64,000 bases of DNA from Klebsiella phage vB_KaeM_KaOmega, in sequence record MN013077.1; one strand, 5' to 3'. Shown piece after piece: positions 38,523-48,789 of this stretch (position 1 is its first letter; each line of letters starts with the position of its first letter). The position numbers were made by a program, and so were the translations under genes. The notes beneath the pieces are model-generated. The model was not told the DNA's origin. It did no database searches and saw only the letters and a program-made list of their open reading frames with translations.

Positions 38523-38587
38523 AAGTATTGACTTATCAGATGGCCCATATATAATGGGCCTCATTGACAACAAAGAGGAGAAATTCA

Positions 38588-39826
38588 ATGCAGCAGACTT
38601 ACAAACGTACTGACCAGACCATGTTTAAGAAACGAATCAGTATCCGACAGATGGAAGATCTGATCCGCCTTGGTGCCCGTATCGGTAAAACCACCTTCTT
38701 CTTCGGTGGAGCAGGTCTCGGTAAGTCCCAAAAAGTGTTGCAGGTAGCCAACAACATGTTCCCCCACCGCATCGGGGACAACCTGTGTGACGTTCGTCTG
38801 TCTGACAAAGAACCGCAGGATATCGCAGGCATCCCGGTTCCGGTGACCTATTTCGACCAAGTTCAGGGTAAAGAAGTAACCCGTACCGTGTACGCATGTC
38901 CGAGTTTCTGGCCCACCGACCCAAACTGGGAAGGTATTGTATTCTTGGATGAACTGCCGAACGCAATGCTGGGCACTCAGCACTCTGCGTATCAGGTTAT
39001 TCTCGACCACGTTGCAGGTGACCACCGCTTCCCAAAAGGTTGTGTGTTCGTTGGGGCAGGTAACCGTGATACCGACAACGCTGGCACTACCGAAATGCCG
39101 GGTCCGCTGGTTAACCGTATGATCATGGCGGAAGTTGAATACAACCTGGATGTGTGGATCGAGGACTTTGCAGTCCCATTCAAACTGCACCCGCACGTAA
39201 TCGGCTTCCTGAAGCAGTTCCCGGAACATTTCTACACTGGTGACGTAGAGAAGCGCTCTACTCCTGTGTTTGCATCACCTCGTCAGTGGAAAACTGTATC
39301 TGACATCCTGTACGATTACGAGGTGCAGAAGGACGAATACATCACCGAGATCGCGATCGCAGGTTCTGTCGGAGAGGGTCTGGAAACTGCTGTTCTGGCA
39401 TACCATTTACGTGCCGCCGAACTTCCAAAGGTAGAAGACATCTTCTCTGGAAAGACTAAGAAACACGAACTGTCTCGTGAGAAGAATGACCTGGTTTACG
39501 TACTGGCGCAGACCTGCTTACGTCAACTGGAAAAAGAAGTGATGGACAACAGCATGAATGATGACGAGTTTATCGAACGTGCGAGCAACTTCCTGAACTT
39601 CATGTTTAATAACTACTACAAGGCGAATAAAGATACACTCATCGCACTGATGATCGGTATCTTCCGTGCATCTAATACGGAGCAACAGGCTGTCTTGAGC
39701 CTGAACCCGAAACGTACCAAGATGATCCCGGCGCTACGTAAGAACTGCGAAGCTGTTATGACGATCGTGATGGAATACCAGACCCGTTACGGTAAAATCA
39801 TGGAAGATTTCAACGTTAAGGCTTGA
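38588..39826 (+). CDS. MoxR-like AAA+ ATPase (AAA_5 type)
   Basis: ATG at 38588 with AGAGGAG RBS. Walker A GGAGLGKS, Walker B VFLDELPNA, sensor VGAGN. Confidence 0.75.
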   Translation: MQQTYKRTDQTMFKKRISIRQMEDLIRLGARIGKTTFFFGGAGLGKSQKVLQVANNMFPHRIGDNLCDVRLSDKEPQDIAGIPVPVTYFDQVQGKEVTRTVYACPSFWPTDPNWEGIVFLDELPNAMLGTQHSAYQVILDHVAGDHRFPKGCVFVGAGNRDTDNAGTTEMPGPLVNRMIMAEVEYNLDVWIEDFAVPFKLHPHVIGFLKQFPEHFYTGDVEKRSTPVFASPRQWKTVSDILYDYEVQKDEYITEIAIAGSVGEGLETAVLAYHLRAAELPKVEDIFSGKTKKHELSREKNDLVYVLAQTCLRQLEKEVMDNSMNDDEFIERASNFLNFMFNNYYKANKDTLIALMIGIFRASNTEQQAVLSLNPKRTKMIPALRKNCEAVMTIVMEYQTRYGKIMEDFNVKA

Positions 39827-39892
39827 CATCACAATGTGAACTGATAAAATTGGGTCATCTTTCGAGATGGCCCTTTTTCTTTTGGAGGAAAT

Positions 39893-41449
39893 ATGTTCGA
39901 TAATATCATGAGTGCCGAGGAGCTTGAGCTTGCCAACGCAAATACAGAAGAGGCAGAGAAACTCCTTGAGGCTGCAAGTCTTCAACTGATGCGCTACAAG
40001 CCCTTCTACGGGGTAATGTTGGCATCAATGCCGATCACCCGTGCCACGGAGACCATCAACACGATGGCTACCAACGGGCGTGACTTGTTTTATTCCCCAG
40101 AGTTCGTTGCGGGGATGTGTGACAAGCGTAAGGCGCTGGTAAAACAGCGTATTGACCAGCAGGTCAAGGACAAGAAAAAGAACGCAGAGATGAAGTTAAT
40201 GATCGATGTGTTTTATCGTCGCAAGACTGCCCGTGAGGTGGCCTTGGTTCTGGAGCACGAATGCGATCACGTGGTTTCTGAGCACATGTACCGTGGGAAA
40301 GGATACAACTTCGCGCTGTTCAACATCGCAGCCGACCATCGTATCAACACGAACGCTGTTCTGAACCACACAACGAATAATGAAATGGGTACAGCCTGGT
40401 TCCCTCTGGGTGCCAAAACGGTGTTCGACCCAGACAAAGAGTTTGGCTTCATGAAGTGGGCATACTGTGATTTCCAGTACGCAGATATGTATGCCGAGCA
40501 GATCTATGAACTTCTCGTTAAGCAGACTCCTCCCCCTCCACCGAGCGGTGGTGGCAGCGGTGCATCGGGTAGCGGGGAAGAGGGCAAAGGTGATTCCGGT
40601 GATCAGGGGAATGGCCCGATGGGTACTGATCAACACCCAAATGCAGACGGGACCTTCAGCGAACAAGATGGGGAGGACGACCTGTCCAAAGCAATGGGTA
40701 CTGATCCGGGGGCGATGAAGCCACTCACTCAGGAACAGAAGAATTATAACGATACGGTAATGCGCCGGGCAATCGAAAACGCTGTTCAGGCAGCAGGCAA
40801 GGGAGCGCCAGCAGATGCTCGTAAGTTTGTGGAAGAAGCCGGAAAACCGAAGGTTAACTACCTGCGACTGTTACGTCGGACAATTGAGCGATTGTTCAAA
40901 GACAACGTTTCATACCGTCGTTTAAACCGCCGTAGTTACTCCCTGACGCGATCTTTGCGTCAAGCAGGGTATCTTACTTCCCGGCAGACGATCGGCCTTC
41001 CTTCGTACACTAAGGCCAAGACAATCCGTGCCCACGTGTTCTTCGACGTGTCTGGATCGTTCACCGATGATCTTTTGGGGCCAACTAAACGTGAGATCAA
41101 GGGATTGTGCAATCAATATGAGGACTTTGAGGTCACAATGGCGGCTTGGTCCACAAAGGTTGGTAACATTTGCACGTACACGAAGAAGAACCTGAAGGAG
41201 ATTGATAACTATAAGATCCAAACGACTTACGGGACGGACGTGAAGTGCGTGTTCGAATGTCTTGATGAGCTTGACAAAGAGCCGGACCAGATTGTAATCT
41301 ATACAGATGGTTACTTCTCTGATGTATCTCAGACCAAAAACTGGGCGGAGAAGTATGGCAAGAAGACTCTGTGGATCATTTTGGGCCGTCATGGGCCTGA
41401 ATGGACTCCACCGTTTGGAACTGCAATTGACTTTGACAAATACCTGTAA
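39893..41449 (+). CDS. VWA-domain protein with N-terminal HExxH metallopeptidase-like domain (DUF2201-like)
   Basis: HECDH motif (HExxH). C-terminal MIDAS motif FFDVSGS. Classic partner of MoxR ATPases. Confidence 0.7.
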   Translation: MFDNIMSAEELELANANTEEAEKLLEAASLQLMRYKPFYGVMLASMPITRATETINTMATNGRDLFYSPEFVAGMCDKRKALVKQRIDQQVKDKKKNAEMKLMIDVFYRRKTAREVALVLEHECDHVVSEHMYRGKGYNFALFNIAADHRINTNAVLNHTTNNEMGTAWFPLGAKTVFDPDKEFGFMKWAYCDFQYADMYAEQIYELLVKQTPPPPPSGGGSGASGSGEEGKGDSGDQGNGPMGTDQHPNADGTFSEQDGEDDLSKAMGTDPGAMKPLTQEQKNYNDTVMRRAIENAVQAAGKGAPADARKFVEEAGKPKVNYLRLLRRTIERLFKDNVSYRRLNRRSYSLTRSLRQAGYLTSRQTIGLPSYTKAKTIRAHVFFDVSGSFTDDLLGPTKREIKGLCNQYEDFEVTMAAWSTKVGNICTYTKKNLKEIDNYKIQTTYGTDVKCVFECLDELDKEPDQIVIYTDGYFSDVSQTKNWAEKYGKKTLWIILGRHGPEWTPPFGTAIDFDKYL

Positions 41450-41457
41450 GGAGAATT

Positions 41458-41835
41458 ATGTCACAGTACGGTTATCAATTGGAGTGTGGTCGCCGGGGGG
41501 CGACCCTCTCTGTCTTCCGCTTGGATGCATCCGGCGGCGTGGAGTACACCTGGAGAGCGATTTTCAACAGCCGGGGTATGGAAGTGGTAAGGTCTACAGG
41601 GGAGGGTATTGAAACTCAACTGGCGCACTTTGAGACATTCCTGTACCCAGACTGTGTTGAAGAGGATGAACTGGCATTCGTGGATCTTCTTTCGATGTCT
41701 CCTGTGGAGGAGGACCATGATTTTATCCGGTTGTGTTCCTTCTTGGTTGCCAAGTGGGCAGCGGGCCACAATGAAGAAATGTTGCACGATGTAATTCGTC
41801 CCACACTCAAAAAGTGGTCGGAAGTGACAACATGA
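41458..41835 (+). CDS. hypothetical protein
   Basis: 125-aa ORF with RBS AAGGAG. Confidence 0.5.
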   Translation: MSQYGYQLECGRRGATLSVFRLDASGGVEYTWRAIFNSRGMEVVRSTGEGIETQLAHFETFLYPDCVEEDELAFVDLLSMSPVEEDHDFIRLCSFLVAKWAAGHNEEMLHDVIRPTLKKWSEVTT

Positions 41836-42075
41836 CCATGTAGCCCTACGGGACACACGAAGTAATAATAGATCTAACACCTTCGCTACGCTCACCCATC
41901 CGGGCCTACGGGGTGTTGATCTGATCTTATAATAAAACTTCCCCACTCACATTCGTTCGGGGTCAGTTTTATTAAATTTCTTCGAAATTGTCATTGACAA
42001 CAACATTCCCTTCATGTATCTTTGTGTTCAAGGGAGATGACTCCCACACAACAAATAACATGAAGGAGAGACAAT

Positions 42076-42318
42076 ATGAGAGTACGTCAGCATCGTGGTT
42101 CACTGGTGGAAAGCCTGAAGACAGTTAAGCAGATCCCTGCCACCAAAGAAGCGTTGGCAGATCACATCAACATGGTGATGGATTTCCCTGTTAAGTTTGG
42201 ACCTGGCTCCATCAGCCTGATCCATCAGGGTATGGATGATCGAATCGGTTGGGATACTTATCTCATCACGGTTTCAGGTTTGGGTGTGTTTGGTTATTGT
42301 GATGAGGAGGTCAAATGA
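42076..42318 (+). CDS. hypothetical protein
   Basis: 80 aa. AAGGAGAGA RBS. Confidence 0.45.
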   Translation: MRVRQHRGSLVESLKTVKQIPATKEALADHINMVMDFPVKFGPGSISLIHQGMDDRIGWDTYLITVSGLGVFGYCDEEVK

Positions 42319-42407
42319 ACGTCCTGTTCGCAGGTATTGTATTGATCCTCGTTGTGGATTTCTTCTATTCAAAATATCGAAGGAATCCATATGGAACTTG
42401 GGGATAA
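42315..42407 (+). CDS. tiny membrane peptide (30 aa)
   Basis: GAGGAGG RBS; ATGA overlap with the upstream gene. Confidence 0.3.
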   Translation: MNVLFAGIVLILVVDFFYSKYRRNPYGTWG

Positions 42408-42513
42408 GATCTCAATAGGTCTTGTGCTCCTTGGTGGATCTATGCTACTGTTTGGACTGATCGGAAAGATCATTATGTTCTTCATAACACTCTGTGGAGG
42501 TTTCAGTGGGTAA
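42391..42513 (+). CDS. tiny membrane peptide (40 aa)
   Basis: Hydrophobic sequence; AAGGA RBS. Confidence 0.3.
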   Translation: MELGDKISIGLVLLGGSMLLFGLIGKIIMFFITLCGGFSG

Positions 42514-42627
42514 TATTAAATGGTGGGCACTAATGCCTGCGGCAAATGAGGACGAAGGTGGCGACGGGAAACGTGCGGCTGCACAGCAGTATTTTTGGTG
42601 GCCTTCTAACGTACAACCGGGGGCGTA

Positions 42628-42978
42628 ATGGAAAACATCGTATTTTATTCCCTTTGGGCACTGGCTTCAGTTGTCGGGGTATGGCGTATGATCAACCTGA
42701 TGTCCATGTCCGGTCGCGTGGGTAACGACGATCGTGTGATGGTCCTCTTCATCCTCACGCCAGCCAGTCTCCTGATGACTCCGGTCATACTGGTTGTGGA
42801 ACTTCTGTTCTGGGTAGGGAAGAAGATTGACAACTTCCGGGAATCTCCCCGCTACGTGACTTGGAAGATCCAACGTCAGATTCGTAAACGTCGCCGGGGG
42901 CCTCTGGTTCGTGTTGTTGAGCATCTGTACAATAAGCGTAAGGAGAAGGCACGTGAAAAAGGCGTATCTGAAGTATAA
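42628..42978 (+). CDS. membrane protein with basic C-terminus
   Basis: 116 aa with three TM helices. Confidence 0.45.
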   Translation: MENIVFYSLWALASVVGVWRMINLMSMSGRVGNDDRVMVLFILTPASLLMTPVILVVELLFWVGKKIDNFRESPRYVTWKIQRQIRKRRRGPLVRVVEHLYNKRKEKAREKGVSEV

Positions 42979-43111
42979 ATGGCGCTTCTGGGAGCATACT
43001 TTGGTTTTTACTGGGTGGCTCTTCGGATACGGTCATGATGTGTACTACGGTGTGAAGGATAGCCGCAACAAGGCATACTTCGCCTATACTTTCCACAAGG
43101 GGCGAGCATGA
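42953..43111 (+). CDS. small protein (GTG start)
   Basis: AAGGAG RBS. Short form of track ORF 42911..43111. Confidence 0.25.
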   Translation: MKKAYLKYKWRFWEHTLVFTGWLFGYGHDVYYGVKDSRNKAYFAYTFHKGRA

Positions 43112-43350
43112 ACCTCGGGAAAAACCAAATCGGGGTATTGAAGTGTCTCGGAGATGGGCGTTACGGGTATATCGCTTTTCCTTGGGGCTGCGGGTGGGTG
43201 TGGAACACCCGACAAGGGACGATCAAGATCCTTGAAACTCTGGTCAAAAAGGGCCTGGTTGATAAGGGTACATATACAACCGAAGAGGGTAAGTCTTACC
43301 CTCAATATACCATCTCTCACGCCGGGGAAGTGTACCTCCTCGGAAGATAA
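43108..43350 (+). CDS. hypothetical protein
   Basis: 80-aa ORF. Confidence 0.45.
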   Translation: MNLGKNQIGVLKCLGDGRYGYIAFPWGCGWVWNTRQGTIKILETLVKKGLVDKGTYTTEEGKSYPQYTISHAGEVYLLGR

Positions 43351-43380
43351 CAGCACAATCCTATTGATAAAGGAACAGAT

Positions 43381-43578
43381 AATGGCTAAACTAACTAAAC
43401 CCCAGCAAAAATTCCTGCTGGCTGCGCTCGGCGGTGACCACAATCGTGACCTGAAGGGAAAGGTCCAAGATAACTTGGCTTCCCAAGGACTGATCCGTTA
43501 TCTTCCGCCGTTTGGCTGGGTTCTCACCGCAGAGGGCGGGGAAATTGCCCGTGAACTGGAGGCCCGTCGTGCAGATTA
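43381..43578 (+). CDS. small protein
   Basis: ATG at 43381 with AAAGGAA RBS. Confidence 0.4.
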
Positions 43579-44108
43579 AGCGTTCCACAATCGAGAAGAT
43601 CCGTATCGAAGACATTCAGGATTCACATCGCCTTGACCCAGTTGAGGTTATTGTGGAGAATTTTGAACCGGGTGCTGGCAAGATTACTATCTCTTGCTAC
43701 GGTCAGGTCTGGACAGGCTTTTGGGGAAGCATGGGCGGCACAGTGGAGGAGTTCTTCCAACGTGTCTCCAATGACTATCTGATCGATAAGATGTCTGACT
43801 ACCGGGCAACAGAGCCGGACCCGGATAAAGACCCAGAGTATCTGAAGTCTTTGATCCTGAAACACCGACGTTCCCGAGACATCACCAAAGACCAGGCGAA
43901 GCAGGCGTGGTACTACGTTGATAGCTACGGGCCGGATCGTAACTCTCTTTGTTACGGCTACGTTCCGGAGGAGTTGCAGGTTATCGAGGGTATGTGTGAA
44001 CCTTGGTACTTTGACTGGCCTCAAATCCCAAGCACTAACTACGCATACCTGGGGCGTATTCTTGATCTCGTTCGTGAAGTTATAAAACCCGGAGGAAACA
44101 ATGAATAA
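43569..44108 (+). CDS. hypothetical protein
   Basis: GTG start at 43569 with TGGAGG RBS; overlaps the upstream stop. Confidence 0.45.
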   Translation: MQIKRSTIEKIRIEDIQDSHRLDPVEVIVENFEPGAGKITISCYGQVWTGFWGSMGGTVEEFFQRVSNDYLIDKMSDYRATEPDPDKDPEYLKSLILKHRRSRDITKDQAKQAWYYVDSYGPDRNSLCYGYVPEELQVIEGMCEPWYFDWPQIPSTNYAYLGRILDLVREVIKPGGNNE

Positions 44109-44310
44109 GGTACGCTGTACGTATGTCGAAGAGGATATGGAATGCCACTTCACCGTCGGTAAAGAATATACCTGTAAGGTTGACGAGTCGGCAGCAGATC
44201 CTGACTCAATGATTGTCATTGGCGAGGATAAGGAGACGTGGTACGCCGAACGCTTAGATGACAATAACGTATCTCTGTTGGGCATTTTCGTAAAATTTGA
44301 GTTTATTTAA
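44101..44310 (+). CDS. small protein
   Basis: 69 aa; GGAGGAAA RBS. Confidence 0.4.
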   Translation: MNKVRCTYVEEDMECHFTVGKEYTCKVDESAADPDSMIVIGEDKETWYAERLDDNNVSLLGIFVKFEFI

Positions 44311-44313
44311 TGA

Positions 44314-44348
44314 AAAGGGGTTGACTTCGGTCAGCCCCTTTTGTTATT
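44314..44348 (+). terminator. rho-independent terminator
   Basis: AGGGGTTGAC-ttcg-GTCAGCCCCT followed by TTTTGTTATT. Confidence 0.7.
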
Positions 44349-44388
44349 CTTACTTCATCGAAACGAAACAGACAAAAGGAACGACAAA

Positions 44389-44613
44389 ATGAGCATGAAG
44401 AAAAAAGCAAATGACCTGGCGCGTATCGCCAAACAGAAAGGCCACATCGAGGCAGTACGTCGCCTGCAACTGGCTCTTGAACTGGAAATGCGTGACGCTG
44501 GCATCAAAGGTGTTGACGCTGAACTGGCAAAGCTGAACGCGACAATCGGGTTCTACGAGGACTCAATCGGTGGTCAGTACGACAATGCCCTATTCGAACT
44601 GGAGGATATGTAA
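44389..44613 (+). CDS. hypothetical protein
   Basis: ATG at 44389 with AAAGGAA RBS. Confidence 0.45.
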   Translation: MSMKKKANDLARIAKQKGHIEAVRRLQLALELEMRDAGIKGVDAELAKLNATIGFYEDSIGGQYDNALFELEDM

Positions 44614-44801
44614 TGGCTAAGATTGTCCTGTCAGAAGGTGCAAGCTGGGTAGTTGAGCGCCTGCCCAATTCTGTGTACGATAAGGTTAAAAAAGAGATCG
44701 AGGACTTTCTCGAACTGAAGATGTTACAGGTTGGATATGACCAAGGCATTCGTATGTCATTCAACGAAGAAAAACCTGCACGTTTGGAGCGTAAACCATG
44801 A
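44613..44801 (+). CDS. small protein
   Basis: TAATG overlap with the upstream gene. Confidence 0.4.
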   Translation: MAKIVLSEGASWVVERLPNSVYDKVKKEIEDFLELKMLQVGYDQGIRMSFNEEKPARLERKP

Positions 44802-45160
44802 ACATTAAGACAATCGTCCCGCAGTACATGGTTCGTCAAGGTCTGGGTGACTGTGAGTGCCACATTAACGACTCCTGTGACTGTATGCCGGAGTTGATTC
44901 TGACCAAGAACGGCCTGTCCGGGTTTGGTGTTGGGTACTGGACCTACACCGATGAAACCTGCCCGAAGTCGATTGACTCGTGGGGCAAGGCGTACTGGTG
45001 CGAGTTCCTCGGACTGCCGGGCTTCTGGGCAATGGGTGAAGATGACGCAGCAGAAACTTTGCTCAAACAGCTTGACCTGATGGGTCAGTGTGCTACAATC
45101 AATTTCAGAAACACGAAGGCGGCATCCGCCGCTATCAATGAACTGGAGAAAAATAAATGA
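44798..45160 (+). CDS. hypothetical Cys-rich protein
   Basis: 120-aa ORF. Confidence 0.5.
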   Translation: MNIKTIVPQYMVRQGLGDCECHINDSCDCMPELILTKNGLSGFGVGYWTYTDETCPKSIDSWGKAYWCEFLGLPGFWAMGEDDAAETLLKQLDLMGQCATINFRNTKAASAAINELEKNK

Positions 45161-45501
45161 ACCACATCTTCGATAACATCAAGAACTTAGAGGCCCTGGC
45201 AGATCTTTGCCAGAAAGATATTCGCCAATACCAAGCTATGCGTACTGGCGGTGCCGAGCGATGGGAGATGGATGCATTCATTCCCCAAATGGATGACAAC
45301 AACTACGCATTCACCGAAGCCGTGCGTAAGCTGAACCTGGACAACCAAGACGAGATGATTAAATTCATCAAGGCCATCAAGGCGCTCGGCGCGGTTGAGA
45401 CACTGGAGCGTATGCAGGAGAGCGAGGAGTTTTCCACATTCGTAAACATCCGCCTTGAAGGCTGGGTAAACCGTATCACTTCGGAGGTTACTGATGACTA
45501 A
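45157..45501 (+). CDS. hypothetical protein
   Basis: 114-aa ORF. Confidence 0.5.
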   Translation: MNHIFDNIKNLEALADLCQKDIRQYQAMRTGGAERWEMDAFIPQMDDNNYAFTEAVRKLNLDNQDEMIKFIKAIKALGAVETLERMQESEEFSTFVNIRLEGWVNRITSEVTDD

Positions 45502-45721
45502 GTTGATCCCGCAGAAAGAAGCTGCTAAACTTATCAACCGGGCCTATGAGTTGACCAAGGCACACCCTCAGTTACGTGTGGGCCAGAACCTCTGGAACTA
45601 CGTCAACGAGGACTACCCGGACGTGGCAGCACTGTTTCATGGTGGGGAGCATGATTTCTTCTACCAACCGAATGCGGCAGTATCCGTGGAAACATTCCTT
45701 ATCTATTATGTGGAGAAATAA
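45494..45721 (+). CDS. hypothetical protein
   Basis: 75-aa ORF. Confidence 0.45.
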   Translation: MTKLIPQKEAAKLINRAYELTKAHPQLRVGQNLWNYVNEDYPDVAALFHGGEHDFFYQPNAAVSVETFLIYYVEK

Positions 45722-45723
45722 TA

Positions 45724-45995
45724 TGAAAGACCTGAAAATCACACGCACCATCAGCACCGGGGTTATGTTCTTCGTCCCTCATGATGAAGACCGTTATGAC
45801 GAAATTGAAACCACGATCCTGAATGAGTTCATCGACCTCGATTGTGGATCTGTCGCGCTCCATGCTGACGATGCCGAGTTCTGCCAGTATTACCTGACTG
45901 CCGACATCGAGGATGAAGAAGAGTTCCACAAAGTGTGCCAGTGGCTTCTGAAGCGCATGGAAGAACTGGGGACCACACTGGATTTCGTATCATGA
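45724..45995 (+). CDS. acidic protein
   Basis: ATG at 45724 with GGAG RBS. Confidence 0.4.
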
Positions 45996-46219
45996 CAAAG
46001 TACGTTTTCTTGTCCAACATCATGTACAACAGCATGGCTATCCGCCGGGTTCGTTGGTGGCATAAGCTGTTCGGTCATGCAGGGGAAGTTGTCCTTGATT
46101 ACGTATATGTAAATCAGGTTGACAATGAGGACGGGTTCCGCAAGGCGGTTATCTACTTCCGTAATCGGGGCCTGGAGGCCCAGGTTATGGGTATGAAAAT
46201 GCACAAGGGTATCGTATGA
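45992..46219 (+). CDS. hypothetical protein
   Basis: ATGA overlap with the upstream gene. Confidence 0.4.
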   Translation: MTKYVFLSNIMYNSMAIRRVRWWHKLFGHAGEVVLDYVYVNQVDNEDGFRKAVIYFRNRGLEAQVMGMKMHKGIV

Positions 46220-46488
46220 TCTGCTACGACAAATATGGTAAGATGACACCCGAGTTTCAGGCTTACCAACAAGAGGCTTGGGACAAGCTGCGGGCCATTG
46301 CCGGACAACTGACGAAGCAAGCTATTGCCAGTGGCGTTTGTCCCAATGCGATGCGGGATACAATGACCAAGGCCATCGAGTGCGGGTGTGTTGTTGCCAG
46401 TGCGGAGGTCTTCGTTGAAGATAACAAGAAGGATGTGCCCAAGAAAGGCTCTCCTGACTGGCACATGGGGTTCGTGAACGGACTTTGA
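46216..46488 (+). CDS. hypothetical protein
   Basis: 90-aa ORF. Confidence 0.45.
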   Translation: MICYDKYGKMTPEFQAYQQEAWDKLRAIAGQLTKQAIASGVCPNAMRDTMTKAIECGCVVASAEVFVEDNKKDVPKKGSPDWHMGFVNGL

Positions 46489-46546
46489 TAAATCATACCG
46501 GGAGAGGCTTGCGCCTCTCCTGATGCGTTACAGGAGCAAATAGAGC

Positions 46547-47407
46547 ATGTCCTCATTTGATGCGGTTTTCTTACACGGTGTTGCTGACTATTCCAAGGGC
46601 ACCAGCCCAACACCCGAGATCCCGGACTGGAAAAATTTACAGCGCCGCCTAGCCGATGTGGAAAAGACTGCCAAGACTGAATGGCAGAACAACGATGCAA
46701 TAGCGTCAGACATTAGCGACATTGCCAGTGACTTTGATTTCGACTCTTCCCTTGAGGATTTCGTAATCAGGGCAAATGATAAGATAGACCATCTGCACCA
46801 AGGTATCCGCGATGCCAGCTATGATCTCAATACCAACTGGGACCCAGATGGGATGACACGTGATCAGATGGTGACTTTTGTCGAGAACCTTAAAGATCAC
46901 CTCCAAGAATACCTTCCAAACTCCCAGAAAATGAGGGAGGTTGCTATCGGTTGGTACGGCTACGAGGTGGCCCGATTTGTTCAGGAGTATCATCCACTGG
47001 GCCAAGCATGGCTCTGCTACACACATGACGACACATATATGGGTGATTTGCACGACTCCAAGCTGGGTGACCTTGCTATCAAGGCTTGTGCCAATGGAAT
47101 CCTGAGATTCACAACCCAATGGGTTCCTGGTTACCTGCACTTTACCAGTGACAATAGGATTGTCATGGGTGACAGGGAAGGTCAGGGCGGTCTCGTGATG
47201 AAGGTGGATGAGTTCAGGACATACTTCGAAGACTGGAGGCGACCAACAGAAGAGGAGATTGGCCTGTTTGATGTTCTCCACCCGGGGGCAAACTGGTCGG
47301 TATTCCGATACCTGCGTGACTACGAAGGGAAGAACTATATATCGAACAAAAAGATCATTACCACCATCCCAACAAACAGTTTGATTTCTGTGAGCACAGC
47401 CCTGTGA
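46547..47407 (+). CDS. hypothetical protein (last gene of the rightward operon)
   Basis: 286-aa ORF. Confidence 0.5.
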   Translation: MSSFDAVFLHGVADYSKGTSPTPEIPDWKNLQRRLADVEKTAKTEWQNNDAIASDISDIASDFDFDSSLEDFVIRANDKIDHLHQGIRDASYDLNTNWDPDGMTRDQMVTFVENLKDHLQEYLPNSQKMREVAIGWYGYEVARFVQEYHPLGQAWLCYTHDDTYMGDLHDSKLGDLAIKACANGILRFTTQWVPGYLHFTSDNRIVMGDREGQGGLVMKVDEFRTYFEDWRRPTEEEIGLFDVLHPGANWSVFRYLRDYEGKNYISNKKIITTIPTNSLISVSTAL

Positions 47408-47409
47408 TA

Positions 47410-48350
47410 TTTGTGAGCCAAGGACGGCTCAGATTTCAGATCGGTTTTCGATTTGATATTTGTACCTGATATTTGTGTAGATATTTGAAATCAGATTTCA
47501 ACTCGAAATTCAATTTGAGATTTTATTTGGTATGGCCCGGCGGGCCGGAACCCAGATCTGATTTCTTTTTCAGATTTACTGACCAATGTACCAAACTGAC
47601 TGACCTTTGGTCAATACCTATTGCATCATAAATGTTACATTAAGGGGCTTATGACTCGTTAATGACACATAAACGTTACATAGTGAGAGTTATCCTCTGT
47701 CAGAAAATTTGAGGGTCTCGATCGACTTTTCATTTTGCCGATCGTATTTTCTGTACAGCCCGGCTGTCCGGGGTCTCGATAGAAAAATCGGGGTCTCGAT
47801 CGGTTTTTCGATTTCCAGATCGTATTCTCGATACAGGTACAGGTCTCACGCCGGGGTCTCGATCGAAAGTTCAAAACCCAAAACGTATTCTCAAAATCTA
47901 TACAGAGGTGAAAATCGAAATGCAAATCGTTATCATTATCACGTCGCCCGGGTCGGAATGAGAATCGTTCTCATTTGCAAATGTAACTGATAATCATTCG
48001 CATTTAGGTTGTTGAATGAGAATCATTCTCATCTCCAGAATAGCGGGCAGGTCCGGTGATTGTCTCCGGGTCAATTCTCCCCGCTATGTGTATAATATAA
48101 CCCAGGCCCGGCCCGGTGGCAAGCGTCTTTACAGTTCTTTACAAAACTATTTTAGGCGAACTACCGGCGATCCACCTTCCGACCTGGCCCCGGTGCCCGG
48201 TACGTTAGCCCCGCCTTTTCGCCGTGGGGTGGCGTCTCCTCTCCTGTATGTGTACATTATGCACCAGGCCAGCCGGGCCGTCAATACCAAAATCAAAATA
48301 AATTTTTCTTGACCCACCAGGCCAGCCGGGCCACAATGCAGGCACACCAA
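47410..48350. repeat. non-coding repeat/regulatory region
   Basis: AT-rich iterons: GATATTTG x3 and CAGATTTC x4 (47440-47570). Four GGGTCTCGATCG(A) units each followed by CGTATTYTC..TACAG (47712-47900). Two AATGAGAA-N3-TTCTCATT palindromes (47957-47975, 48015-48032). CCAGGCCMGCCGGGCC x3. Confidence 0.6.
48308..48336 (+). promoter_or_regulatory. sigma70 promoter (TTGACC-17-CACAAT)
   Basis: First promoter of the early array; GC-rich spacer. Confidence 0.5.
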
Positions 48351-48367
48351 CAAAAGGAGATCGACCC

Positions 48368-48700
48368 ATGCAACAGACGAAATATTTTATTGAAGGAACA
48401 GCCGCCGCCCACGCCGGGCAGATCCGCGCCTGCCGCTACAATAAAGAAGAGAACCGCCGGGAATGGTTCGCCGGGTTCGATAGTGTGGATCGTGGCTATG
48501 CCGTGTTTAAGATCCTCCCTGGTCCCGGCGCTGTTAAGCTGGCTGACCTGGACCCCGTTTATATTGGTGGCGTTAAACAATGCCAAGATCGCGCCGTTAC
48601 CCTGCAACAGGCAGACCGCGCCGGGCGCTATGTCATTTATGATATGGCAACGGGCAAGCCGTACCAGGAAAGCACAAAATTAAATTACAAAAATATTTAA
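48368..48700 (+). CDS. early small protein
   Basis: 110 aa; AAAAGGAG RBS. Confidence 0.5.
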   Translation: MQQTKYFIEGTAAAHAGQIRACRYNKEENRREWFAGFDSVDRGYAVFKILPGPGAVKLADLDPVYIGGVKQCQDRAVTLQQADRAGRYVIYDMATGKPYQESTKLNYKNI

Positions 48701-48708
48701 AATAATGC

Positions 48709-48737
48709 TTGACGGGGCCGACGATAGGCCCCATAAT
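48709..48737 (+). promoter_or_regulatory. strong sigma70 promoter with spacer hairpin (TTGACG-GGGCC-N7-GGCCC-CATAAT)
   Basis: Consensus -35 and -10 with a 17-nt spacer and AT-rich UP element. Confidence 0.7.
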
Positions 48738-48789
48738 TAACCACATAGCGACGCACACCGCGCCGCACTAACAAAGAGAGACCGTCATC

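Noticed and set aside
41840-42060. Possible tRNA in an intergenic region
   Set aside because: No cloverleaf, and no GTTC or anticodon-stem pattern found by eye. It more likely holds a weak terminator and promoter.
48016-48312. 98-aa ORF in the repeat region
   Set aside because: It has no RBS and runs across palindromes and repeats, so it is probably non-coding.
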